Of a stretch of DNA of 64,000 nt, positions 1 through 14,943 are shown piece after piece. The notes beneath the pieces were generated by a model that saw nothing but the letters and a program-made list of their open reading frames with translations, was not told the DNA's origin and made no database searches. Numbering within the stretch: position 1 is the stretch's first letter; each line of letters starts with the position of its first letter. Both the position numbers and the translations under genes were made by a program. Source of the stretch: Amoeboaphelidium protococcarum X5 (lineage: Eukaryota > Fungi > Aphelidiomycota); the NCBI GenBank assembly GCA_023515725.1, contig JALDTO010000215.1:521053-585052 (forward strand), written 5' to 3'.

Positions 1-3000
1 TTTTTATAGAGACTTGTACGCATTTACAACAAAGAATCGTCTAACTAACTTGATGCATCGCATCTTTTGGAAGAATGGCCTTCAGTACATTAATTGGAAT
101 CAGCCATCAATCTTGGCTTCCAGCAGATTTTGCAGACTTGTTTCACTGATTCGCTTCTCAAATTACTGTCCAACTCTTCTTCATTGACAAATCCGTTTTC
201 AGGTGTCAACACGTCGTCGCCGAATCTCTAACGCAGCAGTTCAGTCAAATTGACAGCCTCAGTCATTGTGACAGGCCCAGTATCAGCTTAAATGATATCG
301 ACGGTATGATAAGTTAATTAGTTAAAGGTCGGCTGTTCGTTGATGTCTACATTCTCTCCAAAATTGTCAACTCTAGGAATATCATCACCATCAGGCAGAC
401 CCAAAACTGGATTGAACAAAGTGCCCATATCCAGATTGGTGAAGTAAGCATCGTCTATACTATCAACTAATCTCTAAATATCCTAATCTGCAGTAGCAAG
501 CAAATCATTGACACTCTAAACAGACTGAGTAGCAGGACAGATGCAGCTCAAATTGTTCAATGAAGTCTGTGTTTCTACAGATACATGTTCAACTACTTAG
601 ACAGTTTACTCAGTAGACACCTAATGCAACTACGGAATTTCGAACGGAATATGCAATGCTGTTGGGTCAGTCAAATGATTTTATAGCTGTCTGAACTGGG
701 CCTTAAATGGATCAATCGCGTATTTGCATGCCAACTTACGTTCCACAATATCTTCAAAACTCTTCAAATGGCTTGGTGCTTTAAAAGAGTATTCTGATAA
801 CAAATCATCAACTTCAGACTAATTTGAGCAGGCGGCAATCTTGTTATAAACCAGAAAATTCCATCGATCAGCCATTTACTCATAATCTACTTACTTATCA
901 TCACCGTTTTTCTTGGTGCAATATTGTTCAAACAGTGACATGAATAAGATGAGCTCTTTTTGGGAGGAGACGGGACGTGATATGACATTGAATGCAAACT
1001 TAGAGATCATATCATCAGAGTTCAGCTTGATGGGCTCAGTAGATATATCACTCTAATCCATATCAATAACAGTCAAATCAACTTCAACTGGATCGGCCAG
1101 TGCATCAATCAGTTCTTCATCAAAGCCACCTTCGCATTCCATCATCAGCTACTAGTCAGAAATGTTCTTTAGATCAAGAGATTTGCCCAAATACTTACTA
1201 CAGCCAAATTTAACAGATTTTGAGAATTCAGATACCTGTGGAATGGTCAGATTCTCAAAAACAGGACACTTGAAGTATTTCGCATTGTCGACATACAACT
1301 GCTTAATTTAGCTCAGCACTAGTGGGTTGTAAATATGAAAATCCGGAGTCAGCCCACAGGTCAGTGCCGCATCTTGATTTCTTCTGTAGACAAAGTCCAT
1401 GAGCATAACATTATATAGCTCAGGAGAGATAGACTTTGCTTAAAACGCATTGTACAACATCATGTGATATCCTTCTTATTGGCTGGTACCTCTAAAACAC
1501 TTGAACTACTTAAAAGATCCATCATCTCCAGGCTTTAATTGCAAGTACATGTCAACACCAGGAGGATCTGATAAACAGCCATCTTTGGCGTGCTTCAGAT
1601 TACGCTCGTGATGTTTCATTACTTGATCATCAATGAACTCACTGTTAACCGCTCTGAACATTTAGACCACCTGATCAATTCTATTCGACAAAATATCCGC
1701 AGGTGGAACAAATCTTCTCACTTTACCATTACGCAATAGATAGCTTCTCTTGATCTGATCCATTTACTTATCTGATACTCCACGCTGCTGTAATACTGAC
1801 TTCACATCTTGCATGTCTTCTTCAGAACAGATGAATATCGCGTCGCGGAGGTTGGAGGCAAAGAGAGAGTATAGAGGATGTTTCTTCTTAACAGGATACC
1901 GCTCCATGAAATGAAATATATCCAAGAGTACTCGCTATCCTTATCCAGTAGCTGACAGAGATTCAAACATATCAGAGAGAAATGCTCTTTCAGTGCAGCA
2001 GAGATCTGTGAAGAAAGCCTGAGGACCCTCTTCATCTTTGGCCGCATAGCGCTGCTTCAAGACTTCAAATTCACCAGTCAACTCTTTCAGACTTTTGTTT
2101 GGCACAAGCCAGAATCCAGCTACTTGGCCATACTCATTCACCAAGGAGTATAATCCCTCAAATATCTACTGAGACTTAGACACAGGCACCTTGGCTGCTT
2201 TGAAAGTGTGATCACCGCTCAAAACTTTGCCAGTAACTTGCGCGACAGCGGCGTTCTTCAGATCATACACATCCATTTGGCTCTTATAATAGAATTTCTT
2301 TAAAACAGTAGTGGATGGAATGGATACGTTATACTAATCTTTGTCGCTGAATTCTGGAAATGGGTCAATCAGTGCAGGCAAAGCTTAAAACATTAAAGTC
2401 TTCTATGGGTTCCTTCTAACAAATGTTGATGCGGACAGATAGGCAAGATGTCTTGATTAATGCTAGTTGTTGAACAGCTCATCCAACATCTTTACAAACT
2501 CATTAAAAGAGACTCCTCGCATGATCATCCTATCCATTAATTAAATCAATTAGTTGTCCAGGATCGTGTTGTCAATCACCGTACACGGCAACTATTGCTA
2601 AACATGAGGAGGAAGATGCTGCAAAGTATCTGGATCTATTCCACGAAACTCCTTACCAGTCCTGCCACCAGTACCACAGTGACACAGATTGCATTTGTAC
2701 CTCTTGAACATGATGTAATACGACTGACCAATGCCTATTACTTTTCGAGGCCCTACTGCTGACCAGCCTGCTACCTTAACGTGACCATCCACAACGCCAT
2801 GAACTGGACAAGGCATGTGGCGAACACCAAGATGATGGAAAAACACTTCTGGCGTCCAGAATATAACTTTCTCCTTCACAAAATCCTAGCTCTCCATATA
2901 ATCTGAGACTAATAAAGGATTAGGCGGATAAATCCAGATATCACGCCAGGACAGAGGATTCAGCGGCTTGCAATCGCAGACACCATGACACCTTGACGAC

Positions 3001-3518
3001 GTTGCATTGCATTGATAGCCGCGCGAACCTGTTCCTTTAATGGCGTAGTCAATCTCATCAGTGTACTTGACTATAAATGCGGTGGAGGGATGACTTCTCC
3101 AATTCTAATCTTTCTACTCAATCACTAACGTGGCATTAACTTGATCATCATTTTCGACTGAGGAGGTAGTATCATGATGAGCATTAATATCATTTGTTTC
3201 AGGCGTCTGATCAGACGCGGATTGATGAACTGGTACATTAGCGAAAGAGTCCACTGATTGTAAGGATGCTCCAGTCAGCCAACTTGACAAAGTATTCGCG
3301 GAACCTGCGATACTGTTGTTCTTCTTTAACTATTCCAAACAAAATTTAGTGTGCGGCTTCTTATTAGATGGGAAATGAAGATTTTTACATATCGGGCACT
3401 TCCAAGTCTTACCAGGATGGATCGGTGCATTTTCTGCGTCTTCTCTCTGCCTCTTGATCTTCCTTGCACCAGGAGGAGGGACATAATTGCTGATGGACAT
3501 TCCATTGGTAGTGTTCAT
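1..3518 (-). CDS. Dada-superfamily (DUF6729-type) DDE transposase, >1170 aa, 3' end runs off the window
   Basis: Track ORFs 3330-3524, 2598-2879 and 1941-2144 share one frame and join when TAR=Gln; no TGA in the stretches read codon by codon. Motifs: N-terminal CPIC..H..H..C, WIYPPNP, CP..GW..GPRKV..YKC, LSGDHTFK (2211), NEYGQV, FTDLCC (2004), LLDIFH (1920), GCLSDP, CFRGTSQQEGYH (1464-1493), C-terminal PV..E..LF..MADRWN. Confidence 0.85.
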
Positions 3519-3653
3519 TCTCAAAATCTCTCTTAACAGTGAAGTTCGCTCTACAAAAGTAATGAAATAAGTATTGAGATTGGAAATTAAATCATACTAT
3601 ATTTTGACTACGACTTTCTTTTAGGCTTCTCACGGCACTTTTTATTTTGAATG

Positions 3654-3810
3654 CTGATATCAGAGTCAGATATAGGCAACTGTATATCTGATACTGAAGC
3701 TGATATTTCTGAAACAGTGTTGGTCGCACGCGCAGTTTATGTAGCGACATTGTCAACAACATTGTCAGCGACATTCGTTTGATCGTGTTAGCGACAATTT
3801 TGTAGCGACA
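3654..3810. repeat. Subterminal short repeats of the transposon
   Basis: AGCGACA at 3743, 3767, 3790 and 3804; CTGATA at 3654, 3688 and 3700; palindrome CTGATATCAG 3654-3663; inverted pair TCAGATATA/TATATCTGA 3666-3691. Confidence 0.75.
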
Positions 3811-3891
3811 TTTGGCTTAAGAGTAGTAAGGTACCCAGGGAGGGATTCTCTTCATCAAATTGAGCAAAACGTCTAAAAATATCAAAACTGA

Positions 3892-4185
3892 ATGAGGCAT
3901 TAGTTGTAAGTAGCTATCGATTTAAAACTACATTTCATTATCATATTAATTCAATGTAGAGTTCTAAAACTGCCTTTTGAATCTCAAGATTACGCGTAAA
4001 TCGCACTTAAGGTATGCAGCATAGAGCAGGACCACAAGCCCACTATCAGCACGCGATCCTTTTAGACTGATAATTCAAATCTCATAGTCACTTTCAGAGC
4101 GGCTAATGCCAAGATCCTGCGAACTGTCGTTAACTCATTCATGGATTAAATGGAAATGGTGTACAGGAGCCTGCATGAATTGTGA
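3892..4185 (+). CDS. PCC1: KEOPS complex subunit Pcc1/LAGE3 (intron 3906-3959)
   Basis: MRHQL|VLKLPFESQDYAQIALKVCSIEQD...LIVTFRAANAKILRTVVNSFMDQM; GTAAGT..TAG intron; ends in TGA. Confidence 0.85.
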
Positions 4186-4212
4186 AATAATAATTCTCTA
4201 TCACTCTTTCAT

Positions 4213-5292
4213 TCATTAATAATCCTGAATTTACTTTACAATCTCTTCAATTATATGTTCATGGATACGTTCGCTTTGTAATCTCTGCAGAATATCTCCG
4301 CGTCTATACTTACAGCCTTCTAAAAGTCTCATAATATTAGGTAATAGTGGATTTTCTGTATGCTACACTTTTGATTCAACATGTTTCTAGATGAGACATC
4401 GATGGATATGCAGAACGATATTAGTACCATCATAGTGTTAGAGCGTGTGTTGAAAATCAGGCGTGTATCCGTACTTGTATTCCCACGACTGCAATCGATC
4501 TACTTCATTTTAAACTTCTTAATCCTGCAGAGTATTTTCAGGATCAATATCTTCATAGTCGCACTATTAATCGGTCAGTTACAAGGAACTCTAAAACCCG
4601 TAAGTGAGAGCATCACAAAAGTCTTCAAATCCTGTGGTTAGACACACGTCACGTATCCTGCCCACTTGAGACGTGACACTCTTTATGGCTTAACTTTGAA
4701 TATTCTCACTCGTTGAGCATAAGTTGTGTAGGCCAAGATATTTCGTTACATTCTCAGGCTCCGAGTCAATCAGCAGAGTACCATGATGGAATGCACGATC
4801 ACGAATTACTCTATACGCACTTCCACCAACTTTCTTTTGTATTCCATTTTAAGGGATAGTGTATTTGTTACCAGTATTATCAGACCGCGGAGAGTTGCGA
4901 TAACTATAATTCAGCCAAATGTCGTGCCTAGGTGTTGTGGACACGGGCAGATCCAAGCGATCGTTCAACGACCGCACTGCAATGTCAAGAGACTTTGTTA
5001 AAGAGAATTCTTATCGAGGCATCATGAAAGTATAACAAGCATTGCCAATATCATGATAAACTGTACCACCACCAGATTACCGCCGTATCAGCGGAACGCT
5101 ATCTGTCTTCATCAGATCCAATCGCGCTTCTATAAATGGATTCTGATTCCTACCCAAGACGACACATTGTTAATTACGCCAAAGATACAGCATATACTCA
5201 TCGCTGGGATTCATCGAATGAAATAATTTATTTTCTAATGCTAAATTATAGTATGCATTGGTTGACCGACTTCTAACCACGCGCAACTTCAT
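4213..5292 (-). CDS. Lipoate-protein ligase A family (Aim22/LIPT1-like)
   Basis: STNAYYNLALE, LYLWRNQQCVVLGRNQNP, RRQSGGGTVYHDIGN, LQSWEYKYGYTP. Confidence 0.92.
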
Positions 5293-5386
5293 TACAAGTT
5301 GAGATCTTCCACTTCAGATCTTTAGCGAGATTCTTTTCCAATGACGAATTAGTTTTTATTCAGGTAAAAATTACAATTTAGTAGAA

Positions 5387-6106
5387 ATGTCAAGCGCTCA
5401 GGCTGTCAGTGATATTGATGCGCATAGTGCGAAATAATCAGAAAGTCAAGAAGAGAGCCGCCTAACGTGTCCTCATCGACATAATACATCTGGTTTGGTG
5501 GATTTGGCTCATACCGCTGCACCTTAGACGCGTCCGTGTTCATCAGAATCTGCTCGTGATATAGAATCAATATCAGAAATGGAGGCTTAGAATGGGCAAG
5601 ATGGACCTGCATTACCTGACCGACGTATGACAAGCTCTATTCCCAAGAGCAAGGATGGTGAGAACTGGGTATATCCATCATAGAAGTAGTTTTACTCTGC
5701 CATGAAGAAGAAGAATTATAATCCTGATGAGCAGGACATGTCCACCATTGTCCCCATACACAATCTCATAAATGAACTCGCTTGGACCAAGATCCTCCAA
5801 TGGGAGAAGGAGTATGCTAGCACATGCAAGAGCGGCCCTGTACTGAAGAAATTCATGGGCAGACCGGATGATCCATCGCCACGCGCAATATTCAACACGT
5901 ATTTCTCCTCTATGGGCCGTCCGTTTGATCGACACGATTGGGTGATTGATCGCTGCGGTAAAGAGGTGACGTACATATTGGACTTTTACAATAGACCAAC
6001 TGAAGCATAAGATCAAGTTCCCTTCAAGATTTTCGTTGATGTCCGCCCCTCTCTCTGGTCATTAGATGGTGCTTATCAAAGATTTAAAAAGTTCTGGTTT
6101 GAATGA
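5387..6106 (+). CDS. Holocytochrome c/c1 synthase (heme lyase)
   Basis: CPH motif, SSIP, WVYPSQKQFYSAM (both Q are TAG), IHNLINE, PFDRHDW, VDVRP. Confidence 0.93.
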
Positions 6107-6229
6107 GCATTATAATAGATAGGTGAATCTTTTCAGTATTACACCTTGATCTATAACGATTTCAATCTTTAAATTTTGCATATTGTGTAAAACAAATATC
6201 TATTAAAGACTTTTAATACAGCAGTGTCA

Positions 6230-7513
6230 TCATTTCTACTATTACTATTTAGTCGTGGTCACTCTCCACTTGTCTAGGAAAATGTCCCAATCGACGTAGG
6301 TGCCGCGAAGAAGGCGCATACCATTCTCACCCACTGTAAATCCTTATCTGCCATGTAGGACGCGTCTATTAGCAAATACGGCACACTCACCTTCTGTCAG
6401 TTTGAGGGAGCAGAGCATAGACTCGTCTTCGATAATAGATTGGAAATGTTAGAATGCCTCATACCACTTGTCCAGAGTATAACGAGACCCCTTGAACACC
6501 TAAAGACTCAGTGGAGCCATGAACGGGGGAGAATAATTGACTTCAAACGGCGACGGCTTATTCCATGAATTAGACTGCAGGATCACTGGTCGCCAATATA
6601 TCATCTAATGCCCATTGTTATGGTAATGATACGGTATTCTGATACTAGACAGGGTGTGATAATGCTCTTCGTTTTTCTACTTCAACAATTACACAGCCTT
6701 GTATGAATCCACAAAAGTCGACTCTCCACCGTCAATGTTCCGATTCTCAACACAGTGCAGTAATTGCAGTCCTGGTGGAGACTCGAAATACATTAGATCC
6801 ATATGCAATCCCAGGTAAAGATTGGTATACGCAATATTCTTGGCCTAGTGCTCAGACATCACTTTCCAGCTCTTACCATAGAAAGTCTCTCTAATCGGTC
6901 CAATTCTATAGGCGATGGATTCAACTGATTCAACGCCTGCAGTGTTAGACTAAGAAGGGATATTCTAAATGAATGCTAGACCATAATTCTACAACTACTG
7001 ACTAAACTTTAGGAATGTATTATCATCCTCTAAATACTAGCGATAATCAAAGCAAATCTCTGCCCTATTCTAAGTGCTTTCGAATAAAGTCTTTTGATCC
7101 CACAGAATATTTCTGTACTCAGGATTCTACGGAGGATGATGCTTCTCTTTCTGCAAGAGCCAACTGACTGGATACTGGCTCTTGTGTGGATGATCATTAT
7201 GCTTGCTGCTTCCAAGTAGATTTTATTTCCACTATACCTCTAAAACGCCTCCATCATTATTTTACGCATTATTATGATTATTCACTAGCTAACACTGAGA
7301 TACAGTCATATCAAGGGGAATGTGACCAGATGAGATCAACTTTTATTTTGTAGTGGGATGTACACACTGAGAACACTAGCAATTATCACGCAACCAGACG
7401 TATGGGATCTCTTTCGCCAGACCACGCTCAGGATCTGATATCAAAACTCCTTTATTCTACTACTTGACTGTGGTGATAAATCGTGTTTACAACCTACCCA
7501 AAGCTTTGAGCAT
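6230..7513 (-). CDS. Gamma-butyrobetaine dioxygenase-like Fe/2OG (TauD family) enzyme
   Basis: WLRDNCQCSQCVHPTTKQK, IGPIRETFYG, NIAYTNLYLGLHMDLMYFESPPGLQLLH, GGESTFVD, RLLRGTYVDWD; ends TGA TGA. Confidence 0.9.
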
Positions 7514-7711
7514 TCTATAATATTTCAAATTCTAAAAATTAATTAACTATTTATATATGGCGAATAGACACTAAAAAATTCCAATCTAACTTTTTTAAAG
7601 ACTTCTACTTAAAAAATACAACATATCTGGTAGAAACGAGAGATTGCCATGGAGACGTCAGAAAGAGAACTGAGAGAAACTTTATTATAAAATTACTTTA
7701 TATAGCGTTAT

Positions 7712-8593
7712 TCAGAACTAACCAGGTAGTACGAGTAGTTTCAGTTTCTACAAATAAAGTTATAAGATTTGTGACAATATCACGCATGCTTTTATTAGTT
7801 TACCTTTGATTGTATGTATAGCGACTGAACGATGTACTAAATGAGTGAAACAGACGTGATAATAACATCAACAGGTCGACTTAGAATCATGCCAAAGTAC
7901 ACGGCATAGCATAGAGACATCAGCCTGCTTATCACAACGGGAAGAATTGAACCTGGATACTTGAGTGATGCAACTACATATAATCGGTGATCACGCGCAC
8001 AGTGTAAAGTTCAATCAGGACAACATATACTTACTGGAAGCCAAATGAATTAAAATGGCTAATGCATTCACAACTTGAAGAGAGATATTCCTTGTATATA
8101 CTGATAGTAAAATTAAATGATAAATCAAGACTCCAGTAGTTAAAACTGAAACTATCAGAGCTGATAGCGTTAATACAGAAGAATCCTGTCTCGTTTCAGG
8201 CGGACAAATGAGCAAATGCGGCCGCTCTGTCGGTATGCGTGAATCTTCTACAGTACATCTCGTCTGTTTTTATATGAAACGCATCACATTAGTCACCTCA
8301 TTTATATTATACATACCTCTTTACTATGCAGCACTTGTTACTGCGGAATTTGTTTATAGATTTCGAGGCTGCTCTGGATTAGTTTCCTTTATGATGAATT
8401 ATGATAGTGCAATGTCATTCACACCAGCCAGTTTGCGTCCAATCCAAGTTTGACTATCATTATCACCAGGTTGTTTAAATACGATTTGGTATGGTAACTT
8501 TTCCTTCAAAACTTCATTGACATTCTATTCTTTTGCAGCAGCCTTTCGCCTAGGGAGGATTCCATTGAACTGATACTTCCATTTAAAGTCCAT
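7712..8593 (-). CDS. Hypothetical multi-pass membrane protein, about 3 introns
   Basis: Hydrophilic N-terminal exon, then about 4 hydrophobic helices (SVLTLSALIVSVLTTGVLIYHLILL...) separated by GT..AG introns; start uncertain. Confidence 0.45.
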
Positions 8594-8957
8594 TTCGGTC
8601 ACTATTATCGAATGCTAGGGGATTCTTAAAACTATCTCGGACAGAAATACGTCTGAGATGAAACAACGAAAAAGATTGAATTTTCCAAGGTAGAAGTCTA
8701 AGCAGTATTAATAAAGACCGTTGATGAAGCTCTTTTAAATATCTAATCACGGCCAATATTTGGTCATATTTGGAGGTGAATCAATAAGACAGTACCATAA
8801 GATAAGGACATTCTCTGAATGAAGAGGAAGACTATGGTGTGCTTCGACAATTACCCACAGTCTCCTTAAAACTGTTAACGCGTTTTCTCTGCAGCATTTC
8901 CTTCTTTGCAAAATTTCTTGAAAAATTTCAAATTGAGATTTACTCCAAGTGAGCGAT

Positions 8958-11633
8958 ATGGAGAAGGCAATTTAGGATTATTTGGATGGTAACTAGATTG
9001 AAATTGGTGATGATTTATCCAAGTATCTTTCGAGTGATGGCTTAAATATCCTGAATTTAGTTGAGCTGTTAAAGGATGGATTTTCCTCGTTAATGGGTGT
9101 GGTAAGAGAAAAGTCATGTCGCGTCATGAAGATGTTCATTGAGAATCATCTGCAGTCACTACGTCCTAGAGAATATTAATTCTGTCTTGAATTTTTCCTA
9201 TCTAAATCGGAAGATGATTCTTGTATTGTGTAAGCTGTCGCTATCATTGATATTATGCTATTGCGCGTCGAGTTTATTGACGAGTAACTAGTGGACAGTC
9301 TTCTGCATTAGATCACTGATCTCCAAGTGTAAACATTGGCTCAATCCACTAGATATAACGTGTATCGCATCATGAAGAGCTGCTTTAATTGTAAAGCTAT
9401 TGCTAGTAATACAGTGCTTTAGTATAGACTACTTTCAGAGTCTATTAACGCGTTTGAAGGTGAAAGAGATCCGCGAAATATTCAATTGGGCTTAACCGTC
9501 ATAGTGAATGCACTTAACTTTTTGCCTACAGGTGCATCTGACAAGTAGAAGGATATCTTGGGCGATGTGTTTGATGTGTGTTCAATGTACTTTCCTATCA
9601 CGTACAAGACTCCGGATAATGTGCCAGATGCAGTGTCTGCTGATGCTTTGAAGCAACTGCTTTATAATTGTCTTACCGCTCGAGAGGAGAATGCCGATCG
9701 TTGCATTGATTTGATAATCGAGAATCTAGGTGAATAGGGTGAGTTACTCAATGTTAAGGAAGCTTTAAGATTGTTATCAGTAGCTGCTGAAAGTAGTTGT
9801 AAGGTTCAAGAATCAGTCTTTAGAAGATTGGACGACTTGGCTCCGCATATCATTCAGATGTACGAAGTCAATGACTTGTTAAATGATCTTCGTGAAGCTC
9901 TGTAGGCGGTAGGTACATAACTTACGGATTCATAGTTTGGTGTATTGTTCAATCCTTTGAAGGAGAAAATTGACTTTCTCAAGTACTCGAGTATCAATTT
10001 GTCAAGATATATCAATATTTTAGTCAAAGGATTTGCTTGCATTAGTCATGATAGATTTAGCTGTATTCTGTAAGATTGCTTGATGCCATTACTAACTGGC
10101 AAGCAGTCTGTGTCTTTTGGGAATAAGGCATTGGTGTCGCTGTTCACTTTGGAATTGCTCACTGTGTTATAGAGTGAGTTTGCATCGATATCCTCAAACA
10201 ATAGCACAGAAGAGTCTTTTGCTAATTTGGTCATTATTGATCTTGTTCCATTTATACTTGGTTTTCTGGATAGTGATCGCCCAGTGGATGTGAAGATATA
10301 TGGCATGAAATGTATTGAAATCTTGATTAATGATTAGAAGTGGGTACAATATTTGGACTTAAATGCCTGTTGTGAGTCAATGCTTAATGCTATCGTAAGT
10401 GATCACTAGGATCTGTCAGATGTTGCTTGTAAAAGTCTTGGCTCCCTGAAAGATAAGCAACTCATTGGCAAGCTGTGGTCGCAGAGTAAGAATGACTTAC
10501 CAAAGTATGGTAAAGCTATCTAACAGCTCATGGAATTTAGAGTATGGAATTTGATAGTCGCACAAGACCCAGATTTGCTTGACTTGAAAGACTCTGATCA
10601 ATTTATCTCTGATTGTATTTGTTTAGCTTATAAGCATCACTTTGAGGAATCCATGACCGCTTTGGAAAGCAGATTGGACGCGGCGTTACAGTAAGATTAA
10701 TTGTAGAAGCCTGATATATTCGGTATTCTCTTGGCATAAATGGATTGTGAAAAGTAGCAGATCTTGCTGAGAACATTTTGTGATAAAGAAACTTCGAACC
10801 ATGATCTTGAGCTTTTCGCTATTGGTCTTAGACCAGAAGTTGATATATCTTGTATCAAGGATGAAGTGATGATATCGCAAAGCTTGGAAGTAATTCACTT
10901 AATGGCTAATAAATTTGCTCCTCAGATAAAGTCGCTATTACCAAAAGTTGTTGAGAGTCTAGATCCTAGTGGTAAGATGGTTATTGCGAAAGCTCTTATA
11001 ATGCGTTCCGATGCCTTGGGATATTTGCTGTTGGATGAGATGCTGTAAAAGATGGTGGATTTGAACGTGTTGGAAAAAGTGTTTTAATCGAGTACGTTGT
11101 CCGGAGAAGGAAATTGGCACTGTGTCAGTAAACCACTCCACACTCAACGGCTTTATCTGCACATAAAGAAGTATCTGATCACGGAGCAGAAGTCAGGAGA
11201 CGCTTCTTTTGCCATCAAGGTATTTTGCCTTATGATAACTCATTTGTAATAGAACATCATTAGTTAAGATGGTGACTTTATCGCTGAGTAGTTGAAGTAG
11301 GCGTTGGAAAGCTGTTTCAATGATGAGTACGCTGTAAGGGCTCTATTTCAGATGATCAATGTCGCGCATTAGTTTATATTTAAAGACTTGAATGGCTTCA
11401 TGCGACTTTTTATAGATGGATTATAGAACGTGGATGGTAAGTTAAGTCTCGTGGTATTGGCTAAAACTTTGCAATGTCTATCACTGATCTCAAAGCTCCC
11501 CGCAGATAAAGTCCTACGCTTTCAGAATCAAGTCATCAAGATAAGTGCTTTGTATCTTGGACATAAGAAACGTGTCGTCCGTAATGCTGCAGTACAATGC
11601 AGAAATAGCTGGTATCTAGTAAACTCAGAGTGA
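8958..11633 (+). CDS. MMS19: MMS19/Met18 cytosolic Fe-S assembly HEAT-repeat protein
   Basis: Single frame; FEGERDPRN, DVCSMYFPITY, C-terminal LGHKKRVVRNAAVQCRNSW. Confidence 0.9.
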
Positions 11634-11800
11634 AAGAGTAAGTAATTAAAAGTTAACTCAGATATATTTACTGACTATGGCAATGCACACATTTTATACA
11701 CAGATCAAAGATGCTTCAGTAGTTTTTACCAAATGGACTGAGTTCTAACGCGATTGAAAGTCCCACAAGCACTGAATAACGACAACAATAACGTCTACTT

Positions 11801-12489
11801 TCACTGCATGCTCATCCGAGGAATTTCTGGAGGCGCATTATCCAGAAACTGCACAACATCCGAAGCAGAAATCACTGACGTTTTCAAGTGCGAAAGTCCA
11901 AAAGTCTCCTTTATCATTCCATAGGAATCTATCCAGTGTAATCTGTGCATGGCGCTCCAGACTAACCGTCAATAGTGACGTTCGACACAAAGAATTCGTG
12001 CTAATCAATGCGGCCAATGACAATACCAGCGGTAAAGTCAAAAGATCCTTCAGAAGTCACACCCGCACACAAATTACAATTACCAATTTCAGGATCTCGT
12101 GCCCGTACCATCGACTACAAGTTATGCTCTTACTCTGAGGTATATTCTGAAAGTTTCAAAACAGCTAGATTATATTCGGATGATTGATGTACAATCTCCG
12201 CCTCGTATTCAAACTGCTTTAAAGCGTTAAACTTTACAGTGATGCGGTCAGCAAATTCCACCACAAGCAAACATGTCAACAGATACACCTTTCAAGAAAA
12301 CAAAAAGGCTGAGCAGCGATATTCTTCGCCAGATCTACGGTGCGCCACTACCCCAGCCACCGAGGATTACAAATGTTTGACGGCGCCACGGTAATTGTGC
12401 TCTCTGGCTTAGAAATGTGCTGATCTTAGCACGTCTTCGTTGACAGGCACTTCAATCATAGATTGCCTCTCCGATTGAGCTGGATCCAT
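11801..12489 (-). pseudogene. Degenerate trypsin-like (HtrA/Trypsin_2-type) serine protease
   Basis: CSAFLFS*KVYLLTCLLVVEFADRITVKF...YEAEIVHQSSEYNLAVLKL...DGQSGAPCTDYTG; in-frame TGA at 12292, frameshift near 11925, catalytic His and Asp positions altered. Confidence 0.65.
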
Positions 12490-12708
12490 AAATGATATTC
12501 TATTTGCGCGTTGACTGTTAGCAAATAAGTTCTACCTGGTTAACATCAAGTTGTGACAAGTCAATATTCACACCGCTGATTGATCGCATTGTAGGACTAT
12601 CCGACACTATCATACAGCTCTGTGCATTAAAAAACCGTATGCTAAACGGCAAACTAAAAAGTTCATAGAGATTCAAAGTTAATTATTGGTTATTCTTTTT
12701 TCCAAATC

Positions 12709-14367
<1,659 letters not shown>

Positions 14368-14943
14368 ATTCCTAATTGATGTTTAAGGTCTCAACGTACT
14401 ATATATATTTTCTTAGAGATCAATCGGCTTGCTATCATGGAGAATGAACGAGCGAGGGAGTTTCGATCTGCGAGTGAAAGATTGCGAACTCGCGTTTAGA
14501 ATGACAACGAAGGAACGAACGTTGAGATGAAGAAAGTGTTACGAGGCGTCCTGGAATAACTCTGATTCCAAGATAGTCAAAATTGTTGCTGATGTTGAAT
14601 AAACTCGTTTATTAAACCCATATTAAAGAGCAACTTCCCATTAATTTTTGCGATTCCAAGTCCCCATTTGAGACTCGCGTAAATGAATTATAATGGTTTC
14701 CAAATACTCCATCCAAATAGGAAATGAAACAATTCAACCAAGAAAAGTTTTATGGAATGATTCACTGTGAGAATTGAGTGAATGAGGCTGTGACTGTGTG
14801 TAACTTTTGTTCGATACGATCTGTGTTCCCAGGTTGGTGGGAACCCAATCACGGAGATTTTCGGCCTTTCGGCTCTTTTCCTTTCGATTTCCAGCTCATC
14901 AATCAATCAGTCAGTCAATCTACCGCACGAAAAGAAACAACTG

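Larger units (their letters stand above)
1..3830 (-). mobile_element. Dada-like DNA transposon; 5' end lies between about 3810 and 3890, other end outside the window
   Basis: Transposase ORF, then clustered subterminal motifs at 3654-3810, then host gene PCC1 at 3892. Confidence 0.7.

Noticed and set aside
12292-12294. In-frame TGA here and at 42426 as selenocysteine or readthrough
   Set aside because: Both occur with frameshifts and lost conserved residues; pseudogenisation is simpler.
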